DNA of 32,000 nt, taken from assembly GCA_026016245.1 (NCBI GenBank), contig CP061211.1, positions 60,001-92,000 on the forward strand, in the 5' to 3' direction. This DNA is from Candidatus Pacearchaeota archaeon. Its GTDB lineage: Archaea > Nanobdellota > Nanobdellia > Pacearchaeales > UBA284. Every line of letters starts with the position of its first letter. Positions within the stretch are counted from its first letter, which is position 1. The notes below the pieces were generated by a model. That model was not told the origin of the DNA. It did not search any database and worked only from the letters and a program-made list of their open reading frames with translations. This document shows, in pieces, positions 1 to 9,935 of this stretch. A program made the position numbers and the translations under genes.

Positions 1-589
1 CTTTTAAGCTATTTATTATTCCTAGATCTAAATCACCATCAATAGAATAAACTTTAATTTTTTCATAACCATACTTATCTGATAAATAACTTAAAATATA
101 ACCTTGTTTTTCTGATTCACCAATATTTTCTTTCTTATTTGAATAAAAGAATAAGATAATAGTATAATCCTCTTCACATTTTTCAATTCTTTTTCTGATA
201 AGTAGATAATGCTGTATTTGTAATAAGGTATAAGGCTTTTTTAATTCAATAACTCTTTTGTCATTCTTCCCTAACTGATTTTCAAGCATTATTATTCGTG
301 TTCCTAAATTATCTATTCTCTCTCCTAGTGCATAGAGAAAATAAGTGCCACAAGGATTATATTCTGCCAGGGCATTTTGCAATTCAATATCAAGCATTTC
401 TAATCTTATGTCTTCCTCTGTTGTTGTTATAGATTTCATCTTACTTGATGTGACTGCTGAACCTATGAGGATGCCTATAATGAAGAACAAAGTAGCTAGG
501 GCAATTGCTAAGAGATATCTCTCTAAGGATAATCTAGACTTTTTGACTGTTTTTGTTCCCCTCTTTCTCTTTCTTATCTGAATGACCAT
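1..589 (-). CDS. Membrane-anchored hypothetical protein, 3' end beyond left window edge (MVIQIRKRKRGTKTVKKSRLSLERYLLAIALATLFFIIGILIGSAV...)
   Basis: Open frame read by hand from ATG (complement of 587-589) to the window edge; basic N-terminus, one TM segment, soluble C-terminal domain. Missing from ORF track because the stop lies off-window. Confidence 0.8.
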   Translation of the reverse strand, partial: MVIQIRKRKRGTKTVKKSRLSLERYLLAIALATLFFIIGILIGSAVTSSKMKSITTTEEDIRLEMLDIELQNALAEYNPCGTYFLYALGERIDNLGTRIIMLENQLGKNDKRVIELKKPYTLLQIQHYLLIRKRIEKCEEDYTIILFFYSNKKENIGESEKQGYILSYLSDKYGYEKIKVYSIDGDLDLGIINSLK

Positions 590-651
590 CTTATCATCTT
601 GCTTTTGGAATTTATAAAAATTTATATAGAGAAAAGAATATTTTGGATTTG

Positions 652-1758
652 TTAATATTTTACATTAATACCCTTATAACTAAGAATTCTAATTACTGAA
701 GAATCAATTCTTTTTTCATCAATAATACCATCTTTTACTGCTTTTTCAATGATTTTTATCATATGATAAATATTTTTTATGTTTGGGTCAGTATTAAGAA
801 TGATATCATTATCAGCTTTGAACAGATCCATATACATCTGATCTTCATTTGTATAATAGTCTCTTAATCCTAACATTCTGATTTCATCTGTGATTATTAA
901 TCCATCAAACTTATTTCTTAATTCATTTGTCAATTGTTCTGAAACAACAGCTGGCTTTGATTCTGAATTTAAAATTCCTTCTGTGATTACATGTGAAACC
1001 ATAATAGCAGACACATTACTTTTGATACTTTCTTCAAAAGGAAATAAATCATTACTATCTATTTTAACATAAACAACATATTTATGAGGATCTTGAATAG
1101 AAAGTGTTTTTCCTGGATAGTGTTTGGAAGTTGCAATAATGCCATTTAATTGTAGGCCATTAATATAAGCATTAGCTTTTTCTGAAATTTCTTCTGGCGT
1201 GCCAATAAAACTTCTACAATTCCATATTTCATCCTTAAGGTCAACTACTGGAGCAAAATTTATTGTAAATCCTAAGGTTTTAAGTAACTTCCCTTCTTCA
1301 TAACCTACCTGATAGGCTTCTTCTTTAGTTTTAATTTCTTTCAGAGAAGGAAAATGATGGAAGTTTTCAAAAGGATTCCAGCAGCCTTCTAAATCAGTAG
1401 AAATAAATAAAGGGATATAAGCGTCTTTTTGGAAATAATTAATTTTATCAATAAATTCTTGAGCATTACTTTTTGCACCAAGATGAATTCCCCCTATTAA
1501 CATGTTCTGCAAAGCATTTTTATTTTCTTCTTTCCCAGATGTAATGATCATTTGGGCAATTTTTTGTTTCAAGGTTAAGGAATTAAGATATAGGGTATTT
1601 GTGGATTTATCATAAATGACCTTGGTTGGAGGTTGAATTTCAAGGGGTTTATCTTTTTCAAAATTTATAAAAACTAAAATTAGACACAATATTATAAGCA
1701 GAAAAGTTAAAAGAATCCCTATATTGATCTTGCTTATTTTATTTGATTTTGACATCAT
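652..1758 (-). CDS. Glycoside hydrolase family 3 protein, NagZ-like beta-N-acetylhexosaminidase, membrane anchored
   Basis: KHYPGKTLSIQDPH matches the NagZ KHFPGHGxxxxDSH loop (D-H dyad kept); ITDEIRMLGL matches the nucleophile motif; N-terminal TM. Confidence 0.8.
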   Translation of the reverse strand: MMSKSNKISKINIGILLTFLLIILCLILVFINFEKDKPLEIQPPTKVIYDKSTNTLYLNSLTLKQKIAQMIITSGKEENKNALQNMLIGGIHLGAKSNAQEFIDKINYFQKDAYIPLFISTDLEGCWNPFENFHHFPSLKEIKTKEEAYQVGYEEGKLLKTLGFTINFAPVVDLKDEIWNCRSFIGTPEEISEKANAYINGLQLNGIIATSKHYPGKTLSIQDPHKYVVYVKIDSNDLFPFEESIKSNVSAIMVSHVITEGILNSESKPAVVSEQLTNELRNKFDGLIITDEIRMLGLRDYYTNEDQMYMDLFKADNDIILNTDPNIKNIYHMIKIIEKAVKDGIIDEKRIDSSVIRILSYKGINVKY

Positions 1759-2080
1759 AACCTTCTTTTTTGCAATAATTAAAAATTTTGTAATTTATTA
1801 AATAACTATAGTCAGAACTTTCAGAGATATAACAATACAAGTCAAAATTTTCTGAATCTATTTTTTTGCAATTAAGTTGTTTTTGCAATTCATAACAACA
1901 CCTATTTATGTCTGATATCTCACCCAACTCATCAACATTTTGAAAATAACATTTAGGAGAAGACATATCTAAATTATAAATCATATCTCCTGTAACTGAA
2001 TTTAAAGGATAAATTAGATTTATAGCCAAGATGATTACTAGTAGAATTAATATAATATTGATTGTTTTTACTGCTCTCAT
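1739..2080 (-). CDS. Hypothetical small membrane-anchored Cys-containing protein
   Basis: 113-aa ORF with N-terminal hydrophobic helix, overlaps the start of the GH3 gene. Confidence 0.6.
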   Translation of the reverse strand: MRAVKTINIILILLVIILAINLIYPLNSVTGDMIYNLDMSSPKCYFQNVDELGEISDINRCCYELQKQLNCKKIDSENFDLYCYISESSDYSYLINYKIFNYCKKEGYDVKIK

Positions 2081-2113
2081 ACAGTAAGAATTATTTTATG
2101 ATTTTAAAAAGTT

Positions 2114-2947
2114 TTATGTTAACAGAGCTCTTGCTGCGGTAACAACTAGATAAGTGAATATGAGTAGTATTGCGCTGTGTTTGATACCATAATGTATTGA
2201 TCCTTGGCTTAACTTGCCTATAACTAAGCCAGCAAACAAGGCTTGGACAAGTAGTAAGATAAAGAATGATCTTTCAATTATCTCTGTTGAAATTCCTCCA
2301 CCAACAGAGATGCCAAGACCAGTTGTTTGAATTTCTGTTCCTGTTAATGCCCCAGCAATGAGGGGCATGAATTTTAATTCAACAAAAAGCATGATAACAA
2401 CAAAGATAAAGAAAATTATATAACCTTGAACAACCATGCTATAAACTCTTGCCATTCTCTCCTTTTTTAAGTCCTCTATTTCATTAACACTTTTTACAAC
2501 AGCATCTAGGACAGAGCCTATCTCCCCTCCAGAAGTTTCAGCCTCAATAATTAATTCTACAGAACGTGAGATAACTTTATTCTTGATGTCAGATGCAAAA
2601 GTCCTTAGTGCTTGTTTGACAGGAATAGCTATCTTGATCTGATTTGCTAATTTCTGAATATGAGGGGTAAGACTACTATAGTCTTTTGATGCCACATTTA
2701 TTATGCTCCTTGATATTGGTGCACCTACTCTAACACTTTCAACTAGATTACGAGCAAACTCAAGGAACATCTCTTCCTTTTCTTTTTCACGTCCTGTTTC
2801 TGTTATAAAGGAGATAAGGAAAGGCAAGACAGCTATAACTATTGCTATGCCAAGAAGAAAGTAAAAAAGGCTTTTGAGGAAGATAAGGCTAAGTACAACT
2901 ATCAAGATTGATGTTATGATTGCGATTACTTGTATTTTTTTAGGCAT
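2114..2947 (-). CDS. Type II/IV secretion system F-domain membrane protein (TadC/FlaJ-like)
   Basis: LFLEFARNLVESVRVGAPISRSI...EAETSGGEIGSVLDAV typical of T2SSF; multiple TM segments; adjacent to ATPase. Confidence 0.8.
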   Translation of the reverse strand: MPKKIQVIAIITSILIVVLSLIFLKSLFYFLLGIAIVIAVLPFLISFITETGREKEKEEMFLEFARNLVESVRVGAPISRSIINVASKDYSSLTPHIQKLANQIKIAIPVKQALRTFASDIKNKVISRSVELIIEAETSGGEIGSVLDAVVKSVNEIEDLKKERMARVYSMVVQGYIIFFIFVVIMLFVELKFMPLIAGALTGTEIQTTGLGISVGGGISTEIIERSFFILLLVQALFAGLVIGKLSQGSIHYGIKHSAILLIFTYLVVTAARALLT

Positions 2948-2953
2948 TTTATT

Positions 2954-4231
2954 TTAAATTTCTGGTTGTGTTAAATGTAAAAATATGAGGAAAATGATGT
3001 TGAGTAGGGCTATGGCAACTATCCCTACATTAGCAAGTGTTGAGGCAGGCATTCCTATGAAGCTTGTGCCTATGATTGAGATTATTGCTAAGAGGAGCAT
3101 GAATATAAGTGGAGCTGCAATAAGCAAGGCAGTATAAATATCAGAATACATACCTATAATATTTGAGTATCTTTCATGGCTAAGTTTATAGTCAAGAAGA
3201 CTATTTTTTGCTTTCTCATTTAAATAAATAGTTAGATTGCCTCCTGTAGTGATTGTGGTGGCCATTCCATTGAGCAAGTCAGCAAATTTTCTGCTTGATG
3301 TTTGTCTTGATACATTTTTTAAAGCAGTTGTTAAATCATAGCCAAAAACATTAATCTGATTCACTATTTTTTTCATTTCTGTACTAAAGGCCTTATATTC
3401 TTTTGTTAGAGCCATTATTGAAAAAATTCTTGAAGGTTCTACTTTGCTAGAAGCTATGGCTGCCATATGAGATGTTGCAAAAGGAAGTTCAGAATCTACC
3501 TTCTTCCCATGAGAAGATGCTGTGTTTGACGGCCAGCTTAGTGTGAGGAAAAATATTATAGCTGTTAAAGCAATAACTATGGCAAAATTTCTTATGGCTG
3601 TGCTAAGAGAAGTTGTAAAGAAAAGAGCAATTACAAGAATTATAATAAAGGATAGTAGAGTTAAGAATAATATTATAGAAATATAGCTGCTGAGAGTGTA
3701 GGGCATGTTAGCTTTTCTCAGATCTTTCCCTATACTTTTGAAGAATGGTTTTTTAGAAAGTTTTTTTGAAGTGTTGTAAAAAATCTTATTTGCAAATGAA
3801 GCCAGGGCAGAAGGTCTTGCTATTATTTCCTCAGTTATCTCAGGTTTTTTCTTCAGAATTTTTTTTCTGACTTTTCTGAGGGCTTTTTTTTCTATTCCCA
3901 AGTCTTCTAAAAATTTTTCCTTACTTTCTTTTGTGATATAAACTGGGCCTGACACTGTTGTTATTCTTTCATATTTTTTTCTTTTTGCAGATGGCCTTTT
4001 TACTGGTTTTGCTTTTTCAACCACTATGCTTTCAACAAGAGCTCCAATTGGTTCATTAATTAGCTGAAGTTGATTAATCAGAGCCATGGCTGATTTTTCT
4101 ATCATTACTTTTTCTTCACCTCTGGCAATATTATAAGAAGCAGATAAAGCATACAATTCACGTACTATCTTTTCTGATCTGCTGATATTAGATTTTATTG
4201 ATCCCAGAGCTTCTTCTAGTATAGACACCAT
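2954..4231 (-). CDS. Type II/IV secretion system F-domain membrane protein (TadB/FlaJ-like)
   Basis: Multi-TM with a T2SSF-like segment; syntenic with ATPase and second F-domain protein. Confidence 0.75.
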   Translation of the reverse strand: MVSILEEALGSIKSNISRSEKIVRELYALSASYNIARGEEKVMIEKSAMALINQLQLINEPIGALVESIVVEKAKPVKRPSAKRKKYERITTVSGPVYITKESKEKFLEDLGIEKKALRKVRKKILKKKPEITEEIIARPSALASFANKIFYNTSKKLSKKPFFKSIGKDLRKANMPYTLSSYISIILFLTLLSFIIILVIALFFTTSLSTAIRNFAIVIALTAIIFFLTLSWPSNTASSHGKKVDSELPFATSHMAAIASSKVEPSRIFSIMALTKEYKAFSTEMKKIVNQINVFGYDLTTALKNVSRQTSSRKFADLLNGMATTITTGGNLTIYLNEKAKNSLLDYKLSHERYSNIIGMYSDIYTALLIAAPLIFMLLLAIISIIGTSFIGMPASTLANVGIVAIALLNIIFLIFLHLTQPEI

Positions 4232-4235
4232 TTTC

Positions 4236-4427
4236 CTATTTTACTCTCCTTATTTTTAATTCAGATAGATTTTTTTTGATATTTCTGTTGAGAGTAATAA
4301 TATCTTTTTTTATCTCCTCAACTTTTTTCTCATCACCAACTTTTAGAGCCTGCTCGAGAGCTATGGTAGATTCTTTTGATGATAAAATCAATTGCATTAG
4401 AGAAGCTATTTTATCGCTTGATATCAT
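4236..4427 (-). CDS. Small helical protein inside the secretion cluster
   Basis: 63-aa ORF, charged/coiled-coil-like, tightly packed between the F-domain gene and ATPase gene. Confidence 0.6.
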   Translation of the reverse strand: MISSDKIASLMQLILSSKESTIALEQALKVGDEKKVEEIKKDIITLNRNIKKNLSELKIRRVK

Positions 4428-4434
4428 TTTTTAT

Positions 4435-6012
4435 TTATTTTAATCTTTTTGCTTCTTCTGGCACATATTTTGAAAGCACAGCTTTTGGATTCTTATAGTA
4501 TTCATTGATCATTTTCTGTACTGTTGAAAAATCATAAATTCTCTTTTTATACAAGGCAAAGAGCAGTTTTGTTCTGATTTTGAATTCTCTAAGAATCTGT
4601 TCTTTTGAAAGTCCATAACGTTTTTGTATTTTCTCAAAAACTTTACTTTCTGTTTTAAAATAAAAAGAATCTTCAGATGGATTCCACATGAAAGGTGTAT
4701 TTGTAAGGGCAATGCCTTCTGCTGTAACATCAACTACTTCAATAACTTCCCTCAGACGTCTTGTTTCTTCTTTATCAACCAAAGCATGAGTCATTACAGC
4801 TACAGCATCTAGACTGTTTACAAGAGTTGGGCTAAGATTTATTGGTGGTGTTTCTAATCTTCTTATCACTGTTTCTACAGAATCAGCGTGCATTGTACTA
4901 AGTGATGGATGGCCTGCTGCCATTGCCTGGAATAAGACAAAAGCCTCTTTACCTCTGACCTCACCAACAATGACATAATCAGGATTTTGCCTGAAACTTT
5001 CTTTAAGCAAAGTAAACATATCTATCTCTCCTGCTCCTGCAAGTCCTGCTCTGGCTACGCTTGGGAGCCAGTTTTCTCTTGGCAAATTAATCTCCCTAGT
5101 GTCCTCAACAGAAACAACTCTTGCTTCAGGTGGAATAAAGAAAGCTAGAGCATTCAACATAGAGGTTTTCCCTGAACCTGTCCCTCCTGTTATTAAGATA
5201 TTTGCTTTGTACTGCATAAGAATCCAGAAATAAGCCAGCATTTCCGGACTTAATGTGTTCATAGAAATAAGCTGTATAGGTGTCCAAGGAACTTTAGTGA
5301 ATTTTCTTATTGTGAAAGTTGGCCCTCTACTTGTTATTTCAGTTGTGTATGTGGCATTTACTCTAGAACCATCAGGAAGTGTTCCATCAAGCAAGGGAGT
5401 GGCATAAGAAATGTAACGTCCACATCTTTGAGCAAGTTTTTCAACAAAACTTGCAAGCTCTTTTATATTTTTATAAGTAAGATTTGTTTTCATATTTCTG
5501 TAAAGTCTGTGAACTATGTAGACAGGTGTATTAACCCCATTACACTCTATATCCTCAATGAAAAAATCTCTAAGCAGGGGTTCAGTTTCATTAAGGCCAA
5601 TAAAATCACGGTAAAGATAATAAAAAATTCTTGAATAGGATTCTTCACTTAATGTTCTTCCTAGCTCATTTAGAATAAGCTTGGCCATCTTGTCAATATA
5701 AGATAAAAGAGCTTCTTGTGTTTTTTCTATTACTGCTCCAAGATTAATCAATTCGAGCATTCCTGATTCTATCTCTTCTAAAGTCTTTTTTTCAAATTCA
5801 TTTAATATGGGCTCTTCTACTTCATAAATCAGTTCAGAAGATTTTTTATTCCAGTATATATGTGCTGTTGCATGAGGTGCAATTAAGATGTAGCGAATAT
5901 TTATCTTTGTCTTGTCCTCCACTCTCCTTAAAACAGGAATTTCTGGATTAATATTGATTACAGGATGCTCTGGTTTTGGTGGTGAAGGGATTTCTGGAAC
6001 TGGCAAAGCCAT
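4435..6012 (-). CDS. Type II/IV secretion system ATPase (FlaI/TadA/VirB11-like)
   Basis: Walker A ILITGGTGSGKTSML; Asp-box VVSVEDTREINLP; Walker B-like NPDYVIVGEVRGKEAFVLFQAMAAGHPSLSTMHADS. Confidence 0.93.
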   Translation of the reverse strand: MALPVPEIPSPPKPEHPVININPEIPVLRRVEDKTKINIRYILIAPHATAHIYWNKKSSELIYEVEEPILNEFEKKTLEEIESGMLELINLGAVIEKTQEALLSYIDKMAKLILNELGRTLSEESYSRIFYYLYRDFIGLNETEPLLRDFFIEDIECNGVNTPVYIVHRLYRNMKTNLTYKNIKELASFVEKLAQRCGRYISYATPLLDGTLPDGSRVNATYTTEITSRGPTFTIRKFTKVPWTPIQLISMNTLSPEMLAYFWILMQYKANILITGGTGSGKTSMLNALAFFIPPEARVVSVEDTREINLPRENWLPSVARAGLAGAGEIDMFTLLKESFRQNPDYVIVGEVRGKEAFVLFQAMAAGHPSLSTMHADSVETVIRRLETPPINLSPTLVNSLDAVAVMTHALVDKEETRRLREVIEVVDVTAEGIALTNTPFMWNPSEDSFYFKTESKVFEKIQKRYGLSKEQILREFKIRTKLLFALYKKRIYDFSTVQKMINEYYKNPKAVLSKYVPEEAKRLK

Positions 6013-6097
6013 TTTTATCTATCTCTTTTATTACCTCTTTTATTCTCTAAAATATATATTAAAATAGGAGAATTGTTATTTAAATTTAACGAAAATT

Positions 6098-6358
6098 TTA
6101 TTTTTTATCTCTTGATTTATACATTTCAAGCCATTCTTTGCTCAATGGCCAACCTTCAAATTTTTCACACGGAAACTTATCACAATCTTTAGAGCAGACA
6201 TCAGTCTTATTGCTGACTGCACACCCAAGTATAGGGCAATTAGCCTTTATACTTTTTAAGAATTCAATATGTTCTTTTGTTTTATCACAACCTTTACAAA
6301 TTCCCTTAACAAACAAACCACAAGTTTCACAACAAATACCACAAGCACCGACTTTCAT
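6098..6358 (-). CDS. DUF3795-type cysteine-rich protein
   Basis: [19 protein letters not shown]...CPILGCA...[13 protein letters not shown] pattern. Confidence 0.75.
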   Translation of the reverse strand: MKVGACGICCETCGLFVKGICKGCDKTKEHIEFLKSIKANCPILGCAVSNKTDVCSKDCDKFPCEKFEGWPLSKEWLEMYKSRDKK

Positions 6359-6543
6359 TTCCCTTCTTCCTCTTTTTTCTTCTTCCTCTTCCTTATCCAG
6401 CCCAATCTTTTTTTATTTCTTCCTAACTTATGGGCCTTACGGCACTTCCCAGAACAAAAATGAAGGATCTTGCCTTCAGCAGTAACAAACATTATGCCTT
6501 TTCCAGGTTCAATATCTTGAGAACAGAAAGTACATTTTGCCAT
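6355..6543 (-). CDS. rpl24e: Ribosomal protein L24e
   Basis: [49 protein letters not shown], zinc-binding Cys pattern. Confidence 0.93.
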   Translation of the reverse strand: MAKCTFCSQDIEPGKGIMFVTAEGKILHFCSGKCRKAHKLGRNKKRLGWIRKRKKKKEEEGK

Positions 6544-6544
6544 T

Positions 6545-7054
6545 TTATGTAATAAATATTTCTCTTCTCTTAGGAATGATTATATTTCCAGAGTATTTTA
6601 ATTCATGGGCTTTTCTTTCTTTAAAAAATATGGTTTCTAATCCATCAAATTTTTTAATATCCCCTTGGTTTTCATCGAAATATTCATATTTTCCTTGTTT
6701 AAATTTTACAGGACCTCTAAATGGCCTTTCTATTTTAATATTTTGTAGTGTTTCTTTTAAAAAATCAAAAGTTTCTTCAGCAAATTCATAATCAAGATTG
6801 GCATCTATCATGCTAGTCATGCCCCAACCATAACTCATAGACCATATAAGTTCTCCCTTAAATCTTACAGTTTCAAAGCCACGAATAAGATAAAAACCTA
6901 CATAATAATCTTCATATTTTAAATCTCTTTCATTATATTCAAATTTTTTAAATCCTGGGATTTCAGAAACTACTTCTTTCCCATCACCAGCCCAAGTCAC
7001 TTTTTTAGCTTTAACTAAAAATTTTGCAAGCTCTTGCCTATGTATTTCTTCCAT
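6545..7054 (-). CDS. DUF5680-like domain protein
   Basis: [17 protein letters not shown]...[30 protein letters not shown] resembles this family; recalled assignment, not searched. Confidence 0.6.
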   Translation of the reverse strand: MEEIHRQELAKFLVKAKKVTWAGDGKEVVSEIPGFKKFEYNERDLKYEDYYVGFYLIRGFETVRFKGELIWSMSYGWGMTSMIDANLDYEFAEETFDFLKETLQNIKIERPFRGPVKFKQGKYEYFDENQGDIKKFDGLETIFFKERKAHELKYSGNIIIPKRREIFIT

Positions 7055-7055
7055 T

Positions 7056-7349
7056 TTATGTAAAAGCTCCTTTCATCACTTTAGTTCTGATTCTTCTAGC
7101 CTCAATTTGAGTTTCCCTTAACATCAAAACATCTCTTAATCTTACAGGACCTTTAACATTTCTCCTAATGAGCTTGCCTTTATCAGACCCTTGAAGAACT
7201 CTAACCTTAACTTGTGTTAGCTCTCCTCTAAAGCCTGTCCTTCCACTTATTTCTTCAACTACTGCAGGCACAGCACCGCCTACTATCTTATCTACACCTT
7301 TCATACCTGCTGTTTTAGTCTCTCTAATATGCTGCTGCTTTCTTCCCAT
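7056..7349 (-). CDS. rps28e: Ribosomal protein S28e
   Basis: [58 protein letters not shown]. Confidence 0.93.
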   Translation of the reverse strand: MGRKQQHIRETKTAGMKGVDKIVGGAVPAVVEEISGRTGFRGELTQVKVRVLQGSDKGKLIRRNVKGPVRLRDVLMLRETQIEARRIRTKVMKGAFT

Positions 7350-7358
7350 TTTACCTTA

Positions 7359-7769
7359 TTATTTATTTTTTTCAGGTTTTTCTGCGGGCTTAGCTTCTTC
7401 TTTTTTCTCCATAGGTTCTTCCTTTTCCTTTTTTGCAGGCTTTGTCTTAGTTTTTCCTAGAAATGAGATTTGTGATGCAGCATCTCCTGCCTCTATAACA
7501 GCAATAGAAGCGCATCCAACATTAATACCTGCAGCCACTCCCAGCTTTTTTTTACTGTCTGCTGTTGTGTAAGCAATTCCTTTTTCATCACACAATAAAG
7601 GCAGATGTTGTATAACTTCTTTAGGTTCAACATCCTCTGCTATAACAACTAGCTTTGCTGTTCCTCTCTCTATTGCTTTGGTAACTTCATTTGTTCCTTT
7701 CTCTATTTTTCCAGTCTTTCTTGCTAACTCCACGACTTCATAAGCAGAAACCATTTTAACCTCCCTCAT
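7359..7769 (-). CDS. rpl7ae: Ribosomal protein L7Ae with charged C-terminal tail
   Basis: [43 protein letters not shown] core. Confidence 0.93.
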   Translation of the reverse strand: MREVKMVSAYEVVELARKTGKIEKGTNEVTKAIERGTAKLVVIAEDVEPKEVIQHLPLLCDEKGIAYTTADSKKKLGVAAGINVGCASIAVIEAGDAASQISFLGKTKTKPAKKEKEEPMEKKEEAKPAEKPEKNK

Positions 7770-7850
7770 CTTTTAATTTAAAATCAGTCATATGGTCTAA
7801 AGAATTAGAAAAAAGAGATTTAAAAAGGTTTCGAGAAAAATAAAATATCA

Positions 7851-7925
7851 ATAAAATAATAAAAAAAGAAAAAAAAGAAAAATAAAAAGGTTAAAAAATA
7901 AAAAATTAAATTTTTGTTTTGTTGT
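7851..7925 (-). terminator. Multiple T-run archaeal-type terminator downstream of the surface-protein gene
   Basis: Minus-strand sense reads as repeated T-tracts (TTTTTATTTTTTAACC, TTTTTATTTTTCTTTTTTTTC) just after the stop at 7963. Confidence 0.5.
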
Positions 7926-7962
7926 TTTTGTTTTGTTTAGCCTTCGGGATTCTCAACTAGAC

Positions 7963-9342
7963 TTAGTAGTAGCTCTCAATAGCTTCAGGCTTTTCCTCTT
8001 CACCAGCTTGTTTTTGTTTTACAAGCAAGAATACAAGTAAAACAATAACTGCAATAGCAAGGATTATACCTACAACCATTAAGATTGCTTCCCAGTCTAC
8101 TCCGTTACTTTGTTCAACGTTTGCAGTAAAGTTGAACTGCTTAGCTTCATTGCCATACTTAACACGTACAGTGAAAGGATATTTTCCTTCAGATGTGTCT
8201 TCATTAATATCTAAGTAGACATTAATTATCCTGCTCTCTCCATTTGCTAGACTGAAAGAAGCTGGGTTGATTTTGACTGTAGACCAGCCATTAGCTCCTA
8301 GAACTTCAACAACAAAGTTTTCGCTAGTTTCACCAAGGTTTGTCACAAAAAGACTGAATTTAGCCTCTTCACCTTGTTTTGCAAAAGCTTCTGTAATCTG
8401 TGGAAGAACTTCAATCTCTCTTTCAGCTTCTCTTTCAAGGACAAGAGTTCTAGTTTCTCTTGTTTCAAGCTCAGAGTTGTAAACTTCAATAACAAGATTG
8501 TAGATTCCTTCATCTTCTGGCAATCGTAGAGCTATAGTTACTTTTTCTGCATCTTCGTACTTACCGTCACGGCTTCCTAGATCGCCTAGATAGACAGTTC
8601 TTTCTATGCAAAGTTCAGGAATGCTTAGCTTAACAAAGACATCTTCTGCAACATGGTTTCCTCTATTCTTAACAACAATATCTGCATAAAGAGTTGTATC
8701 TGCTTCGAATGTAACTGAACATCCACCACAGACTCCTTTATAGAAATTGTTGTGATCATAAAGATCAACAGACAAAATCTCAAGAAGATTTGAAACACGT
8801 TGCACGTCAGTCTTTATTTCAGCTTCATCCACACCACTGAATTCTTTCTTGCCTTCTATCTTGACGTGTAGAGTATACTGGTCACGAGCATCGACATCAT
8901 AAGGTATCTCTAAAAATAGAGTCTTAGAGTAAAGATTACCTCTGAAAACATCGAATTCACCAGTTCTGTCCTCTATCTCTTCTCTGTAGCCGTTTATCCA
9001 AGCGTGAACTTTCACTTCGTCTAGGTTTCTATTAGCCTTAAATACAACTTTAACAGACATGCTTTCTCCTCTTTCAAGAGCAGGAGTTGCAATCTGCCAT
9101 GTATAGCAAGTGTATCCACCATCTATAACAGGATCAGGTTCCCAATAAGGTGGTGTTGGCCAACAATAACCATACCAAACAACATTGCTGTTGACATATA
9201 CAGTCATTTCTTGGATTTCAGGCATAGTATCTTGATGCCATTCATCAGCAACTGCTCCACCAAGTAACCCTAGAAATACTCCAACAAAGGCCAAAACTAA
9301 AAACAAACCAAGTTTGTTTTTCATTTTGTTTTGGTTTTTCAT
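7963..9342 (-). CDS. Secreted, C-terminally anchored surface protein with CARDB/NEW3-like domains (putative S-layer or cell-envelope protein)
   Basis: Signal peptide, beta-rich repeats, NEW3-like segment, C-terminal TM (AILMVVGIILAIAVIVLLVFLLVK) and short tail. Confidence 0.7.
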   Translation of the reverse strand: MKNQNKMKNKLGLFLVLAFVGVFLGLLGGAVADEWHQDTMPEIQEMTVYVNSNVVWYGYCWPTPPYWEPDPVIDGGYTCYTWQIATPALERGESMSVKVVFKANRNLDEVKVHAWINGYREEIEDRTGEFDVFRGNLYSKTLFLEIPYDVDARDQYTLHVKIEGKKEFSGVDEAEIKTDVQRVSNLLEILSVDLYDHNNFYKGVCGGCSVTFEADTTLYADIVVKNRGNHVAEDVFVKLSIPELCIERTVYLGDLGSRDGKYEDAEKVTIALRLPEDEGIYNLVIEVYNSELETRETRTLVLEREAEREIEVLPQITEAFAKQGEEAKFSLFVTNLGETSENFVVEVLGANGWSTVKINPASFSLANGESRIINVYLDINEDTSEGKYPFTVRVKYGNEAKQFNFTANVEQSNGVDWEAILMVVGIILAIAVIVLLVFLLVKQKQAGEEEKPEAIESYY

Positions 9343-9608
9343 TTATATTTATTTAATTTTAAAATTGTTTATGTTATTATTTTCAAGTGACAGCCTTTTA
9401 TAAACCTTTCTGTTATTCGGTTATTTGTTACCACCTATTTAGAATAACAAGAATAATAACAAAATTTCCCAGAATCAGAAGAAAATAAAATCCCGACGGT
9501 AAAGTATATATTAACTTATTAGTGGTAACACACCAAAACATTTAAATAGCTCCTTTTCTTGCTTATTTCATAAAAATTAAACTAAATTGAAAGTTAAAAA
9601 AACAAAAA

Positions 9609-9935
9609 ATGGAAGATAATGCAATAAAAAGAGTGTATAAATCTAGAAGAATTGTTGTTCATCCTGATGTTGTTGATAGATCAAGAAACTGCGGAATAGG
9701 ACGTTCTCTTTGTATGAATGTCAGCACAAGAGAAATTTCAGAATTATATGATTTAGGGAAAATAGTAAGAACTGAAAAAGAAAAACAATATTTCTTCAAT
9801 AAAGATCCTGCAAGTCAATTTTGTAAAGATTTTTTTGAATTAATGATATTATATGAAATAACAAAGAAAAAAATAAAAAAATATTTTGAAAAACTAAATT
9901 TTAAAAAAACAAAAAATGAGAAAACCAACATATGA
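9609..9935 (+). CDS. Hypothetical protein
   Basis: 108-aa ORF overlapping the start of the next gene. Confidence 0.6.
   Translation: MEDNAIKRVYKSRRIVVHPDVVDRSRNCGIGRSLCMNVSTREISELYDLGKIVRTEKEKQYFFNKDPASQFCKDFFELMILYEITKKKIKKYFEKLNFKKTKNEKTNI

Noticed and set aside
345-581. Plus-strand 78-aa ORF
   Set aside because: Fully antisense to the longer minus-strand partial CDS 1..589, which has a convincing anchor plus domain layout.
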